The notes under the pieces were generated by a model. The model was given only the letters and a program-made list of their open reading frames with translations. It searched no databases and had not been told where the DNA came from. DNA of 64,000 bases from NCBI GenBank assembly GCA_047601445.1, contig JASGJH010000001.1:8896001-8960000 (forward strand), in the 5' to 3' direction. This DNA comes from Myxococcales bacterium. Lineage in GTDB: Bacteria > Myxococcota_A > Polyangia > Polyangiales > DASUME01. The translations under genes were made by a program, and so were the position numbers. How positions within the stretch are numbered: the stretch's first letter is position 1; each line of letters begins with the position of its first letter. Of the stretch, positions 30,724 to 40,781 are shown piece after piece.

Positions 30724-31871
30724 GCGCATTCACCGGCCAAGAAGCGCAGCAGGGCGTCGGCCTTGAGCGCGAGGCTGTCGATCTCGATCTGCTCGTCGTG
30801 GGTGTGGTACCCGCGTCCGCGCGGCCCCAGGCCGTCGATGGCCGGCAATCCGACGGCACCCACGGTGTTGGCATCGCTGCCGCCGCCCTGACGCGGGGCC
30901 TCGCCCGAGGCCAGCCCTGCCGCCAACTGGCACGCTCCGAAGCGCCGACATAGCGTCGATGAGGCTTGCGTGGCCTCGAGCGGCCGACGCGTCACCGTGA
31001 GCGCGACCTCGAGCCGCACGCCCTCGAGCTCGCCCTCCACGCCGCGTGCAGTGGACTCGAGTAGCTGCGCTACATCTTCTTGTGCGAGCCCATTCACGAA
31101 GCGCAGGTCGAGCTCCGCCTCGGCATTCTCCGCCACCGTATTGCGCGCGCTGCCACCATGGAAAAGCCCGGTGCTGAGGCTCGCACCTTCGAGACGGCTG
31201 GCCGCTACTTGCACCCGGTCCACGAAGCGCGACAGAGCCCACACGGCGTTCCTGCCGTCCGCCAAGTTGTTGCCCGCGTGGGCCGCGCGCCCGAACGCCT
31301 TCACCCGTGCGAACCCGCTGCCGCGACGCGACGTCACGATGGCATCGCCCGAGCGACCCGCTTCGAACACCAGCGCGGCCCGTGCGCTCTTGGCGAAGCC
31401 TTCGAGCATGCCTCGCGAGGTCGGTGAGCCGACCTCTTCGTCGGCCACGCTGATGAAGCGCAGCGGTAGCGCGTCCAGCGCATTCACCTCGTGCAACACG
31501 CGCAACACCACCGCCACGATGGCAAGCCCGCCCTTCATATCGAGCACGCCCGGGCCGTAGGCGCGTGCGCCGTCGCTGCGGAAGCCCTCGAAGGTGCCGG
31601 CCGGGAACACGGTGTCGTGGTGTCCGATCAACAGCACGCTCGGTTCGCGTTCCGCGCGAGATGTCGAGAACGAGAGGTGGGTGCCCCAGGGATCGCCCGC
31701 GTGCTTGGCCACGGTCAGCGGCAGATCCTGCAGCGCCTCGCTGATCAACTCTCCGACTCGATCGACGCCTACCACGTTGCGACTGTGGCTGTTCACGCGC
31801 ACCCAAGCCTCGGTGAGCTGCAGGATCTCCGGTGTTCTCCTCTTCAGAGCGGCCAGTGCGCGTTCCAACAT
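30705..31871 (-). CDS. M20 family metallopeptidase (glutamate carboxypeptidase-like)
   Basis: GHHDTVF, GPGVLDMKGG, DEEVGS, AHAG, GGGSDAN, DGLGP.G..HT..E. Confidence 0.9.
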   Translation of the reverse strand: MLERALAALKRRTPEILQLTEAWVRVNSHSRNVVGVDRVGELISEALQDLPLTVAKHAGDPWGTHLSFSTSRAEREPSVLLIGHHDTVFPAGTFEGFRSDGARAYGPGVLDMKGGLAIVAVVLRVLHEVNALDALPLRFISVADEEVGSPTSRGMLEGFAKSARAALVFEAGRSGDAIVTSRRGSGFARVKAFGRAAHAGNNLADGRNAVWALSRFVDRVQVAASRLEGASLSTGLFHGGSARNTVAENAEAELDLRFVNGLAQEDVAQLLESTARGVEGELEGVRLEVALTVTRRPLEATQASSTLCRRFGACQLAAGLASGEAPRQGGGSDANTVGAVGLPAIDGLGPRGRGYHTHDEQIEIDSLALKADALLRFLAGECAHSEVE

Positions 31872-31886
31872 GTGGCCCCGTGGTGG

Positions 31887-32852
31887 TTAGCGGGTCGAAC
31901 CCTTGTCAGCCCGTCCTTGGGCGAGCGTCGCCAGCATCTGCGCGAGGAGCGTGGCGGCGAGCAGGCTGGTGTTGCCGGTGGCATCGTGGTCAGGCGATAT
32001 CTCGACCACGTCGAGCCCGACCAGCGAAACACCCGCTACGCCGCGCAGCAGCGACAACGCCTCGAAGCTCGTGAGTCCACCGGGCACGGGCGTTCCCGTA
32101 CCCGGTGCGTAGGCCGGATCGATCGCGTCCATGTCGAACGAGAGATACGTGGGGGCGCCGTTGTGAAAGCGTGCGAGTCGCGCTTTTACGCGTTCGAGAT
32201 CGCGCTTCACCTCGTCGATCATCACGATCTCGAAGCCCGCCTTCTCGGCGAAGGCCAGGTCGTGCGCCTCCGTGAATGGACCCCGAATTCCGATCTGCAC
32301 GACGTCGTGGGTGCGCAGCAGCCCTTCTTCGACGGCGTTTCGGAAGATGGTGCCATGGTGAACGTTGAAGCCCCAGGCTGGACCGTACGTGTCGCTGTGC
32401 GCGTCGAAGTGGATCAAGCCCAGCGGTCCGTGAATCTTGGCCAGGGCGCGCAGCCCCGCGAGCGAGACCGTGTGATCGCCACCGACCATGGCCGGGATGG
32501 CACCTGCCTGCGCGATCTCCGACAGCCGCTCCTCGATGCGTCGCAGCGTCTCGTCCACCGAGAGCGGGACAGCCGCTACATCACCACCGTCGCAACACTT
32601 GAGGTGATCGAACAGATCGAGCCCGGGGTCCGGATGGAAGCCACGCGTGAGCGCGCTGGCGGCCCGCACGCCTCGTGGGCCGAAGCGAGCACCGGGGCGA
32701 TAGCTCGTGCCACCGTCGAAAGGCGCGCCCACGATCATCACGTCGACGTCGCGCGGATCATCGTGCACAGGCAGTCGGAGGAAGCTCGGCACGCCCGCGA
32801 AGCGCGGCACCTTGCGCGTAGGGACGGGCCGAAAATCCTCGGGCTTGCTCAC
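31887..32852 (-). CDS. speB: Agmatinase-family ureohydrolase
   Basis: RPGARFGP, GGDHT, HFDAHSD, HGT, SFDMDAIDPAYAPGTGTP; GTG start overlaps the gdh stop; substrate not determinable. Confidence 0.8.
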   Translation of the reverse strand: MSKPEDFRPVPTRKVPRFAGVPSFLRLPVHDDPRDVDVMIVGAPFDGGTSYRPGARFGPRGVRAASALTRGFHPDPGLDLFDHLKCCDGGDVAAVPLSVDETLRRIEERLSEIAQAGAIPAMVGGDHTVSLAGLRALAKIHGPLGLIHFDAHSDTYGPAWGFNVHHGTIFRNAVEEGLLRTHDVVQIGIRGPFTEAHDLAFAEKAGFEIVMIDEVKRDLERVKARLARFHNGAPTYLSFDMDAIDPAYAPGTGTPVPGGLTSFEALSLLRGVAGVSLVGLDVVEISPDHDATGNTSLLAATLLAQMLATLAQGRADKGSTR

Positions 32853-34114
32853 GGGAACACCCCTCGCAGGGCATAACAATCCGCGAGGCTCTTCAGGGCC
32901 AGACCATAAGCCGCGATGCGCATCGAGATACGACGTTCTCGCGCCATGTCCCGCACCGCACGGTAGCTGCGGATCATCGCCGTCTCCAACTTGAGGTCGA
33001 CCTCCTGCAGGTTCCAGCGCTCGTTGCGTTTGTTTTGCAGCCACTCGTAGTAGCTCACCGTGACACCACCCGCGTTCGCGAGCACGTCGGGGATCACGTC
33101 GATGCCGCGCGCCTCGAGACCGGCTTCACCCTCGGGGTTCACCGGGCCGTTGGCACCTTCCGCTACCACCTTCACCTGGAGCAGCTTGGCCTCTTCGGGG
33201 CCCACCTGATTCTCGAGCGCACCGGGCACGAAGAAGTCCGCCGGCGTACTGAAGAAGTCCTCGCGAGACACCGCTTCGGCCGGTCCGAAGCCCGCCACCG
33301 AACCCGCGCGCTTCACGTGGTTGGCCAGCTCGTACACGTCGAGCCCGCGGTCGTTGCGCAAGCTCGCGGCGTGGTCGCTCACCGCCACGACCTTCACACC
33401 CATGGCGTCCAAAATTAGGCCCGCATGGGAGCCCACGTTGCCGAAGCCCTGGATGATCACGCGGGCACCGTCGAGCTTCACGTCGTGATCGCGCGCCCAC
33501 TCCACCAAACAGTGCACCACGCCTTGGCCGGTGGCCTTCACGCGCCCGACGGAACCACCACAAGCCAGGGGCTTCCCCGTGACCACGGCGCGCTGGGCGT
33601 TCTTCATGTTGCCCATCGTGCCGTTCATATAGGTGTCCATCAGCCACGCCATCTCTTGCGGACCCGTGCCCACGTCGGGCGCGGGGATGTCGTGATCCGG
33701 GCCGATGTTGCTGCCGAGCTCGTGTGTGAAGCGCCGCGTCAAGCGCATGCGCTCGCCCTCCGAGAGGTGTCGGGGATCGCACTTGACGGCGCCCTTGGCT
33801 CCCCCGAACGGGATGTCCATCAGGGCGCTCTTCCAGGTCATCATGGCGGCGAGCGCGCGCACTTCGTCCAGATTGACGTCCGGATGGTAACGAATGCCGC
33901 CCTTGTAGGGGCCGAGGATGTTGTTGTGCTGGATTCGATAGCCAGTGAACATCTGCAGCTTACCGCTGTCCATGCGCACCGGGAAATGCACGATGAGTTC
34001 CGTCTTGGGCTGCGAGAGCATGGCCGAGACGTCGCTCGGGAGCTCCACCACGTGCGCAGCGCGCTCGAGATAGCTCTGGATTACCCTGAAAAAAGCGTAG
34101 TGCGCTTGCGTCAT
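32849..34114 (-). CDS. gdhA: Glu/Leu/Phe/Val dehydrogenase (probable glutamate dehydrogenase)
   Basis: GPYKGGIRY, MTWK, GGAKG, DIPAPDVGT, QGFGNVG, EGANGP, NAGGVTVSYYEW. Confidence 0.9.
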   Translation of the reverse strand: MTQAHYAFFRVIQSYLERAAHVVELPSDVSAMLSQPKTELIVHFPVRMDSGKLQMFTGYRIQHNNILGPYKGGIRYHPDVNLDEVRALAAMMTWKSALMDIPFGGAKGAVKCDPRHLSEGERMRLTRRFTHELGSNIGPDHDIPAPDVGTGPQEMAWLMDTYMNGTMGNMKNAQRAVVTGKPLACGGSVGRVKATGQGVVHCLVEWARDHDVKLDGARVIIQGFGNVGSHAGLILDAMGVKVVAVSDHAASLRNDRGLDVYELANHVKRAGSVAGFGPAEAVSREDFFSTPADFFVPGALENQVGPEEAKLLQVKVVAEGANGPVNPEGEAGLEARGIDVIPDVLANAGGVTVSYYEWLQNKRNERWNLQEVDLKLETAMIRSYRAVRDMARERRISMRIAAYGLALKSLADCYALRGVFP

Positions 34115-34338
34115 GCCAAACCACCTGCGTTCTACGGGACTCCTTAACGCTAACACGGACCCGCTAGACCCTCGCAGCAAGCTTCGGGATCCAGTGCTTC
34201 GTTCCCGTGAGCGGAGCGAACCTCCGCGGTGGGGGCCGTCATTTGTCTTGCTGCGTCGGGCGGGGGAGGGCGTGCGCTCCCCTGAACGACATGGGTGGGC
34301 GCGGGTAGGCGAGGGAGCAGCGAAAACAGGGACGGCCG

Positions 34339-35988
34339 CTAGATCACATAACGCTCGGGCACGAGCAGACCCGTTGCGAGAAGTTCGTGAAAGCCGGCGT
34401 CGTCCATGCCCAGCTGAACACGCGCCACGGTGTCGCCGCCGAGCTCGGCGAGCGCGCGGCCCACCGCGGCGGGCAATTCGAGCAAATCCACATCCTGGGC
34501 ACCGCTGCGCAGCACGCCGAGGAAGCGCGGCTCGGCGAGTCTGGGTACCCGCCTGGCTTCGGCGCCAGAGATCCCGAGCACGTCGTGGTCCATGCGCACC
34601 ACCTCGGCGCCTGCGGCGAGACGCACGTGATCCGTGACGCCTTCCTCGAACGGTAGCGTCTGGGTGATCTGGTCCCGTGGGCCCACGTGAGTGATGGCCG
34701 CTTCGATGGTGGCCAGGTCCGCGAGCGGGCCGCCGCGCGTCTTGCCGACGAAGCGCGCGAAGCGCCGTCCGATGGGAGAGCGCTCGGGTACATCCTCACG
34801 CGAGAAGGCCAGGCAGGTCGCCGCGAACTGCTTGCCGAGTGCGTCACGCGTGTTCGGGCAGGCCGACACGATGCCCTCGCCGAGTTGTTCCACGTCATGC
34901 CCGAGCTCAAGAGGCAGCTCGTAGCCCACGGCAAACAGCTCCTCCACGGGCGCAAGCCCCACCAGTTTGGGTGCGCGCCTGCCCAAACTCGCGCGCAGGG
35001 CCCGATAGCCCTGCGCCGCCTGCTCGAGTCCGGCCTCCGTGCGTCGTCGTGCGAGCGCGTCGATCACCTTGTCGAGCTCGTTGGCCAGCGCGCCTTCGAA
35101 CTGTGCGCGCACCGTTAGCAAGCGATAGCCCACGTCCTGGGCCGCATAGTCCCAGCGCGAGGAGCGCCACGGCGTCAGCTTGGTGTTCTCCGTCAACGCC
35201 GAGCACACCTCGAGCACGCGGTTCTCCAGCGCCTCCAAGCTGTCGTGATGTCCCTGATGTCGCCCGAAGAACTGGGCCACGAAGCGCTCCATTTCGGGCG
35301 CGCGCAGGCGTGCTCCGTGGGCCCGCGCGTAGGCCAGCCCATCGCTCGCCAGATCGATGGTGGCGAAGCGGGTGCCATGGGGCTGACCGCTCTTGATGGC
35401 GCGACGAATCGCACCGAGCTCTCGCTTTACGAATGCGCGTCCCTCACGCATGAAGCGCTCGGCGCTCTTCGACCAGGGGGCGGGCCCGAGCAGTGCGATC
35501 TCTTCGCAGGCCGCGCAGTGGCCCTGAAACAGCGGGCCCTGCCCGCGGTGACGCTCGCACTTCTGGAGTCCGGCTTCGTCGAAGAAGTACCAGAGCGCCA
35601 CGGGCAGAAGTTCGGCCAGCCAGGCCCCGAGCGCATGAAAGAGCATGCTCGCTTCGGGGTGATACGCGAACCCCACCAGCGCGTGGCAGAGCTCGTGAGC
35701 CGTCCACTTCGCCCGGTGGCCCGGATGAAAGCTCGCGATCAGGAGATCGTGCCTGAACGCCTGATACTTGGGCTCCGCGAGCTGCCCCCCGACCCACCCG
35801 CCGTTCTCCTCTTCGGGCAGGTCCGGGTTCGACCATTGAACAGGCTGTGGGAGTCTCCGTCGGTGTTCATAGTGCGCGAAGAAAAGACCCGATTGCGTGG
35901 CCAAGCGGGCCACCGTGTGAGCCGCTCGCGAGCGCGTGTGCTCGGGAGCCGGCGACCCTTCAACATTCACCAAAGCGGGGACTTTCAT
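34339..35988 (-). CDS. Hypothetical HExxH metalloprotein with Cys/His cluster and DUF2063-like C-terminal region
   Basis: 549-aa ORF; HELCH..E, CERH-x9-HCAAC, CPNTRDALG..F..RF..LADLATIEAA. Confidence 0.7.
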   Translation of the reverse strand: MKVPALVNVEGSPAPEHTRSRAAHTVARLATQSGLFFAHYEHRRRLPQPVQWSNPDLPEEENGGWVGGQLAEPKYQAFRHDLLIASFHPGHRAKWTAHELCHALVGFAYHPEASMLFHALGAWLAELLPVALWYFFDEAGLQKCERHRGQGPLFQGHCAACEEIALLGPAPWSKSAERFMREGRAFVKRELGAIRRAIKSGQPHGTRFATIDLASDGLAYARAHGARLRAPEMERFVAQFFGRHQGHHDSLEALENRVLEVCSALTENTKLTPWRSSRWDYAAQDVGYRLLTVRAQFEGALANELDKVIDALARRRTEAGLEQAAQGYRALRASLGRRAPKLVGLAPVEELFAVGYELPLELGHDVEQLGEGIVSACPNTRDALGKQFAATCLAFSREDVPERSPIGRRFARFVGKTRGGPLADLATIEAAITHVGPRDQITQTLPFEEGVTDHVRLAAGAEVVRMDHDVLGISGAEARRVPRLAEPRFLGVLRSGAQDVDLLELPAAVGRALAELGGDTVARVQLGMDDAGFHELLATGLLVPERYVI

Positions 35989-36214
35989 ACACCTGCCGAT
36001 AACGTCGAGACTTTCCCTACACGAATCAGGGGTGAAGCCAACGCGGATACATGGGCAAAATTGACCGCGCGCGGACTAAATCGCCAGATCACCCATGTTG
36101 GACGGGTCGATTCGTGCTCAATAGGCGGCCTTTGTGCCCGGCCTGTGATAAATCGGCAACGCCGAACGGGGTTCGGGGCTTCCTTTAGGAAGTCGTTACA
36201 GCAGCGAGGAAATC

Positions 36215-37222
36215 TTGTCTCTTCTTGAAATCGCGCGCGATCAGGGCTTTGCGAGAGCCGAAGACACGCACGTCGGTCTGATGGACCGGGTCGCCGAGGA
36301 GGCTCGGGAGACCTTCCTTCAGCAGGCTGAAGCCATCGCTGCCATGGCCCAGCGGGTCGACCGCAGCTTTGGCCGAGCGGTCAGCCTCCTCTACGCCACC
36401 CCCGGCCACGTGATCACCATGGGCATGGGCAAGTCCGGCCACGTGGCTCGCAAGATCGCCGCCACCCTCGCTTCCACCGGCACCCCGTCCTTCTTCGTTC
36501 ACCCCGCGGAGGCCTTCCACGGCGACCTCGGCATGGTGACCGATCGTGATACGGTCCTGGTCTTCTCCTACAGCGGTGAGACCGAAGAGGTCCTGCGGCT
36601 GCTGCCGCACCTCAAGCGTGCTGGCGTGTCGGTGGTGGCCCTGGTTGGTTGCACCGAGTCCACCCTGGCGCGCGCCGCTCACGTGGCGCTCGACGTCTCG
36701 GTGGAGCGCGAGGTTTGTCCCAACAACCTGGCGCCCACGAACTCCACCCTGGCCGCGCTGGCCATGGGCGATGCCCTGTCGGTGGCCCTGATGCGCGCCA
36801 AGCAGTTCGGCGCCGAGGACTTCGCTCGTTTCCATCCCGGTGGCGCGCTCGGTAAGCGCTTGCTCACCCGGGTTTGCGACGTGATGCACCGTGGCTCGCT
36901 GCCCCTGGTGCGCCTCGACACGACCGTCCGCGAATCGCTGTTCACCATCACCCGCGGCCGTTTGGGCCTGGCTTTGGTGATCAAGGGCAAGTCCCTGCAA
37001 GGCATCGTGACCGACGGCGATCTGCGTCGCTCGATGCAGAAACACGAAGATGTGCTCGACCTGCCCGTGCAGGCCGTCATGAGCCCCAACCCGGTTTGCA
37101 TCAGCGAACACGCGCTCTTGAGCGAGGCCGAGGAGCTGATGCGCCAGCGCAAGCTCAAGGCACTGGTGGTGGTGGACGGTGCCGGTCGCCCGGTGGGAAT
37201 CGTCGAGATCTTCCAGCGCTAG
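36215..37222 (+). CDS. kpsF: Arabinose-5-phosphate isomerase (KpsF/GutQ, SIS plus CBS domains)
   Basis: GMGKSGH, ASTGTPSFFVHP.EA.HGDLG, NLAPT.ST, FHPGG.LG, TDGDLRR; start could be 36281. Confidence 0.93.
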   Translation: MSLLEIARDQGFARAEDTHVGLMDRVAEEARETFLQQAEAIAAMAQRVDRSFGRAVSLLYATPGHVITMGMGKSGHVARKIAATLASTGTPSFFVHPAEAFHGDLGMVTDRDTVLVFSYSGETEEVLRLLPHLKRAGVSVVALVGCTESTLARAAHVALDVSVEREVCPNNLAPTNSTLAALAMGDALSVALMRAKQFGAEDFARFHPGGALGKRLLTRVCDVMHRGSLPLVRLDTTVRESLFTITRGRLGLALVIKGKSLQGIVTDGDLRRSMQKHEDVLDLPVQAVMSPNPVCISEHALLSEAEELMRQRKLKALVVVDGAGRPVGIVEIFQR

Positions 37223-37238
37223 GCTAAGCTGACCTGCC

Positions 37239-38021
37239 ATGAGTCTCGCGCGGGGAGCGTTCATCCAGCTCAATGTGATCCACGCGCTGGTGCTCCGAGA
37301 GACGCGCACACGTTTCGGAGAGCATCAGCTCGGATATCTGTGGGCGCTGATCGAGCCACTGCTGTGGATCGGCAGCTTTTGGGGCCTCTACACGGTGAGC
37401 AATCGCCCCGCGCCCCACAACCTCGAGGTCACGGGCTTCCTCGCGACCGGGGTGCTTACCTACGAGATTTTCGATAGCAATGTCGGGCGCATCGGCGATT
37501 CCATCAACGGCAATCGACCGCTGCTCTTCTATCCTCCGGTGCAGCCGCTCGATCTGGTGATCGCTCGGGCTTCGTTGGAGACGGCGACCCTGACCGCGGT
37601 GTTTTTCGCGGTCATGGGCGGCGAGTCGCTGCTGCGCGGCGAAATCACCCATATCGATAGCCTATTGCAGGTCTTTCTGGGCATCGCGCTGGCCGCCATG
37701 CTCGGGGCCTCGCTCGGGCTGGTGCTCTGCATGCTCGGCGTGCTGTCCAATGTGGTCGAGCGCTTGCGCGGCCCGTTGATGCGTCCCTTGTTCTGGGTTT
37801 CAGCGCTTTTCTACACCCTGGATGACGTACCCACGGACGTGCGGGAGTTGATGCTGTACAACCCGGTCGTACACGTGGTCGAGATCGTGCGAGACGGCTG
37901 GTTCCATCAGTACACGGCCAAGCACGCCGATCCGCTGTATGTTGTCTGGTTCATCCTCGGCTTTGGCTTTCTCGGGCTGTTGCTCGAGCGGGTGGTTCGC
38001 CGAAAAATCGAGCTTTCATGA
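37239..38021 (+). CDS. kpsM: Capsular polysaccharide ABC transporter permease
   Basis: ALVLRETRTRFG..LGYLWALIEP, V.PLD..IAR, NPVVH..E..R. Confidence 0.92.
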   Translation: MSLARGAFIQLNVIHALVLRETRTRFGEHQLGYLWALIEPLLWIGSFWGLYTVSNRPAPHNLEVTGFLATGVLTYEIFDSNVGRIGDSINGNRPLLFYPPVQPLDLVIARASLETATLTAVFFAVMGGESLLRGEITHIDSLLQVFLGIALAAMLGASLGLVLCMLGVLSNVVERLRGPLMRPLFWVSALFYTLDDVPTDVRELMLYNPVVHVVEIVRDGWFHQYTAKHADPLYVVWFILGFGFLGLLLERVVRRKIELS

Positions 38022-38671
38022 TCGAGCTCAAGAACGTCTACAAGACCTACCCGACGATCACCGGGCCGAACGTGGTGTTGAACAACGCCTCCATCAAGTT
38101 CGCCGATCGTCAGAGCATGGGCATCTTGGGGCGCAACGGAGCCGGCAAGTCCACCCTGTTGCGGATCGTGGCGGGCGTGGAGCAACCGGACGGTGGAGAG
38201 ATCACGCGCACGGGGCGCATCTCGTGGCCGATCGGCTTCGGGGGCGGCTTCAGTCCCTCGCTCAACGGCGAGGAGAACTGCCGTTTCGTGGCGCGCGTGT
38301 ACGGTGAGGACGTGGATCGCGTGGTGGAGGCCACCCGGGCGTTCGCCGATCTCGGGACCTATTTTTACATGCCCATCCGTACCTACTCCTCCGGCATGCG
38401 AGCGAGGTTGGCGTTCGGCTTGAGCATGGCGGTCGACTTCGACATCTACCTGGTCGACGAAGTCACCGCGGTGGGCGACGTGCACTTCCAGGAGAAGTGC
38501 CGTCGTGCGTTCGATGAGCGGCGCGAGCGATCGTCGGTGATCATCGTCTCCCACAGCCTGGAGACCATTCACAGCTACTGCACGCAGTGTGCGGTGCTCA
38601 ACGCCGGCAAGCTCCGAGTCTTCGATAGCGTCGACGAAGCGGCCAAGGTGTACCAAGAGGTTTCTGCATGA
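38018..38671 (+). CDS. kpsT: Capsular polysaccharide ABC transporter ATPase
   Basis: GRNGAGKST, ISWPIG, TYSSGMRARLAFG, DEVTAVGD; 217 aa with no carbohydrate-binding extension. Confidence 0.94.
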   Translation: MIELKNVYKTYPTITGPNVVLNNASIKFADRQSMGILGRNGAGKSTLLRIVAGVEQPDGGEITRTGRISWPIGFGGGFSPSLNGEENCRFVARVYGEDVDRVVEATRAFADLGTYFYMPIRTYSSGMRARLAFGLSMAVDFDIYLVDEVTAVGDVHFQEKCRRAFDERRERSSVIIVSHSLETIHSYCTQCAVLNAGKLRVFDSVDEAAKVYQEVSA

Positions 38672-39363
38672 GTTCTGCCCCGTTGGCTCAGGTCGAATCG
38701 GCCGCTCCTGCCGCGCCCTTGAGCGCCGCCGAAGTGGCGCGCCAGATGAGGCACAAGAAGGCGCGTCGCCTGGCGCGCAACCTCGCGCTCTGGGTCGGGC
38801 TCCCCACGCTGCTTGCGATGCTCTACTTCGGAGTCGTGGCCCGCAGTCAGTACGAATCCTCGGCCACCATCGTGCTCGGTGGCGCCAACCCCATGCACCA
38901 GGCCGTCATCCTGCGCGAGTACACGCTGTCGCGCGGCATGCTGCGGAGGCTGGAGAAAGAGCAGGGGTTCTCTGACCACTTCAAAGAGAACGGAGACGTT
39001 CTTTCCCGGCTCGGCAAGCGGGCGGGCACCGAGAAGCGCTTTGCGTACTTCAAGGACCACGTACGCATCGACTACGACCAGACCTCGCAGGTCATGAACA
39101 TCAACGCGCGCGGCTTCACGCCCGAGGCGGCCAAGAAGTTCGCCAACGCCCTGCTCAGCATCTCGACCGAGTTCTTGGCCCAGAACTCACCGCCGGGGCA
39201 GAACGATCCTGGCGTCGTGATCGTGTCGCGCCCCGAGGCGCCCTCCGACTCGACCTATCCGCGGCGCATCTACGGCGTGGTGTCCACGTTCTTCGCGAGC
39301 CTGGCTCTGTTCGGCATCGGCTCGCTCTTGATCGCGTCGATCCGCGAGCACGCCCATTTCTAA
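38668..39363 (+). CDS. kpsE: Shortened KpsE-type polysaccharide co-polymerase (PCP-3)
   Basis: Two TM helices, Y.S.A, AR.FTPE.A, P..P..YPRR, IREH; only 231 aa. Confidence 0.8.
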   Translation: MSSAPLAQVESAAPAAPLSAAEVARQMRHKKARRLARNLALWVGLPTLLAMLYFGVVARSQYESSATIVLGGANPMHQAVILREYTLSRGMLRRLEKEQGFSDHFKENGDVLSRLGKRAGTEKRFAYFKDHVRIDYDQTSQVMNINARGFTPEAAKKFANALLSISTEFLAQNSPPGQNDPGVVIVSRPEAPSDSTYPRRIYGVVSTFFASLALFGIGSLLIASIREHAHF

Positions 39364-39372
39364 GGAGTATTC

Positions 39373-40206
<834 letters not shown>

Positions 40207-40209
40207 GCG

Positions 40210-40761
40210 ATGATGCCCGCCGATCTGCGTGAGCGTTTGAGGGCCATCAAGCTTCTCGTGCTTGACGTAGACGGTGTGTTCACCAACGGCAGCCTGTACT
40301 ACGGGCCCAGCGGCGAGTCCCACAAGCGCTTCCACGTGCGCGACGGCTTGGGCATCCGCATCCTCCAGCACTTCGGTGTGCAGATCGCGGTGATCTCCGC
40401 GCGCAAGTCTTCACTCGTGGAACAGCGCATGCGCGATCTCAAGATCGCGCACTGGCACACGGGGAAAGAAGACAAGCTCGAGGCGCTCGCCGAAGTCCTC
40501 GCTAGCTGCGGTTTGACGCTGGAGCAGACGGCCTATCTGGGCGACGACCTGCTCGATGTGCCCGTGATGCGCAAGGTCGCCCTGGCCCTGGCCGTGGCGG
40601 ACGCCCATCCGTACACGCGGGATGCTGCGCACCACGTGACCTCGGCCCTCGGGGGCGAGGGGGCTATCCGCGAGGTGGCGGACGCTATCCTCGACGCTCA
40701 GCTCGGGCTCGCGACGGCCTATGAAAAGTTCCTGGCGGCTCTGACCAAGCCGTCCCGTTGA
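40210..40761 (+). CDS. kdsC: Kdo-8-phosphate phosphatase
   Basis: LDVDGVFT, F.VRDG.G, GDDLLD, GGEGAIRE. Confidence 0.92.
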   Translation: MMPADLRERLRAIKLLVLDVDGVFTNGSLYYGPSGESHKRFHVRDGLGIRILQHFGVQIAVISARKSSLVEQRMRDLKIAHWHTGKEDKLEALAEVLASCGLTLEQTAYLGDDLLDVPVMRKVALALAVADAHPYTRDAAHHVTSALGGEGAIREVADAILDAQLGLATAYEKFLAALTKPSR

Positions 40762-40781
40762 TCTCCTGTCCGGGAGGAGCG

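Noticed and set aside
34281..34297. Second GTTCAGG half-site (minus strand) upstream of gdh
   Set aside because: Lacks the CTR left half of the LexA-like box, and gdh is not an expected SOS gene
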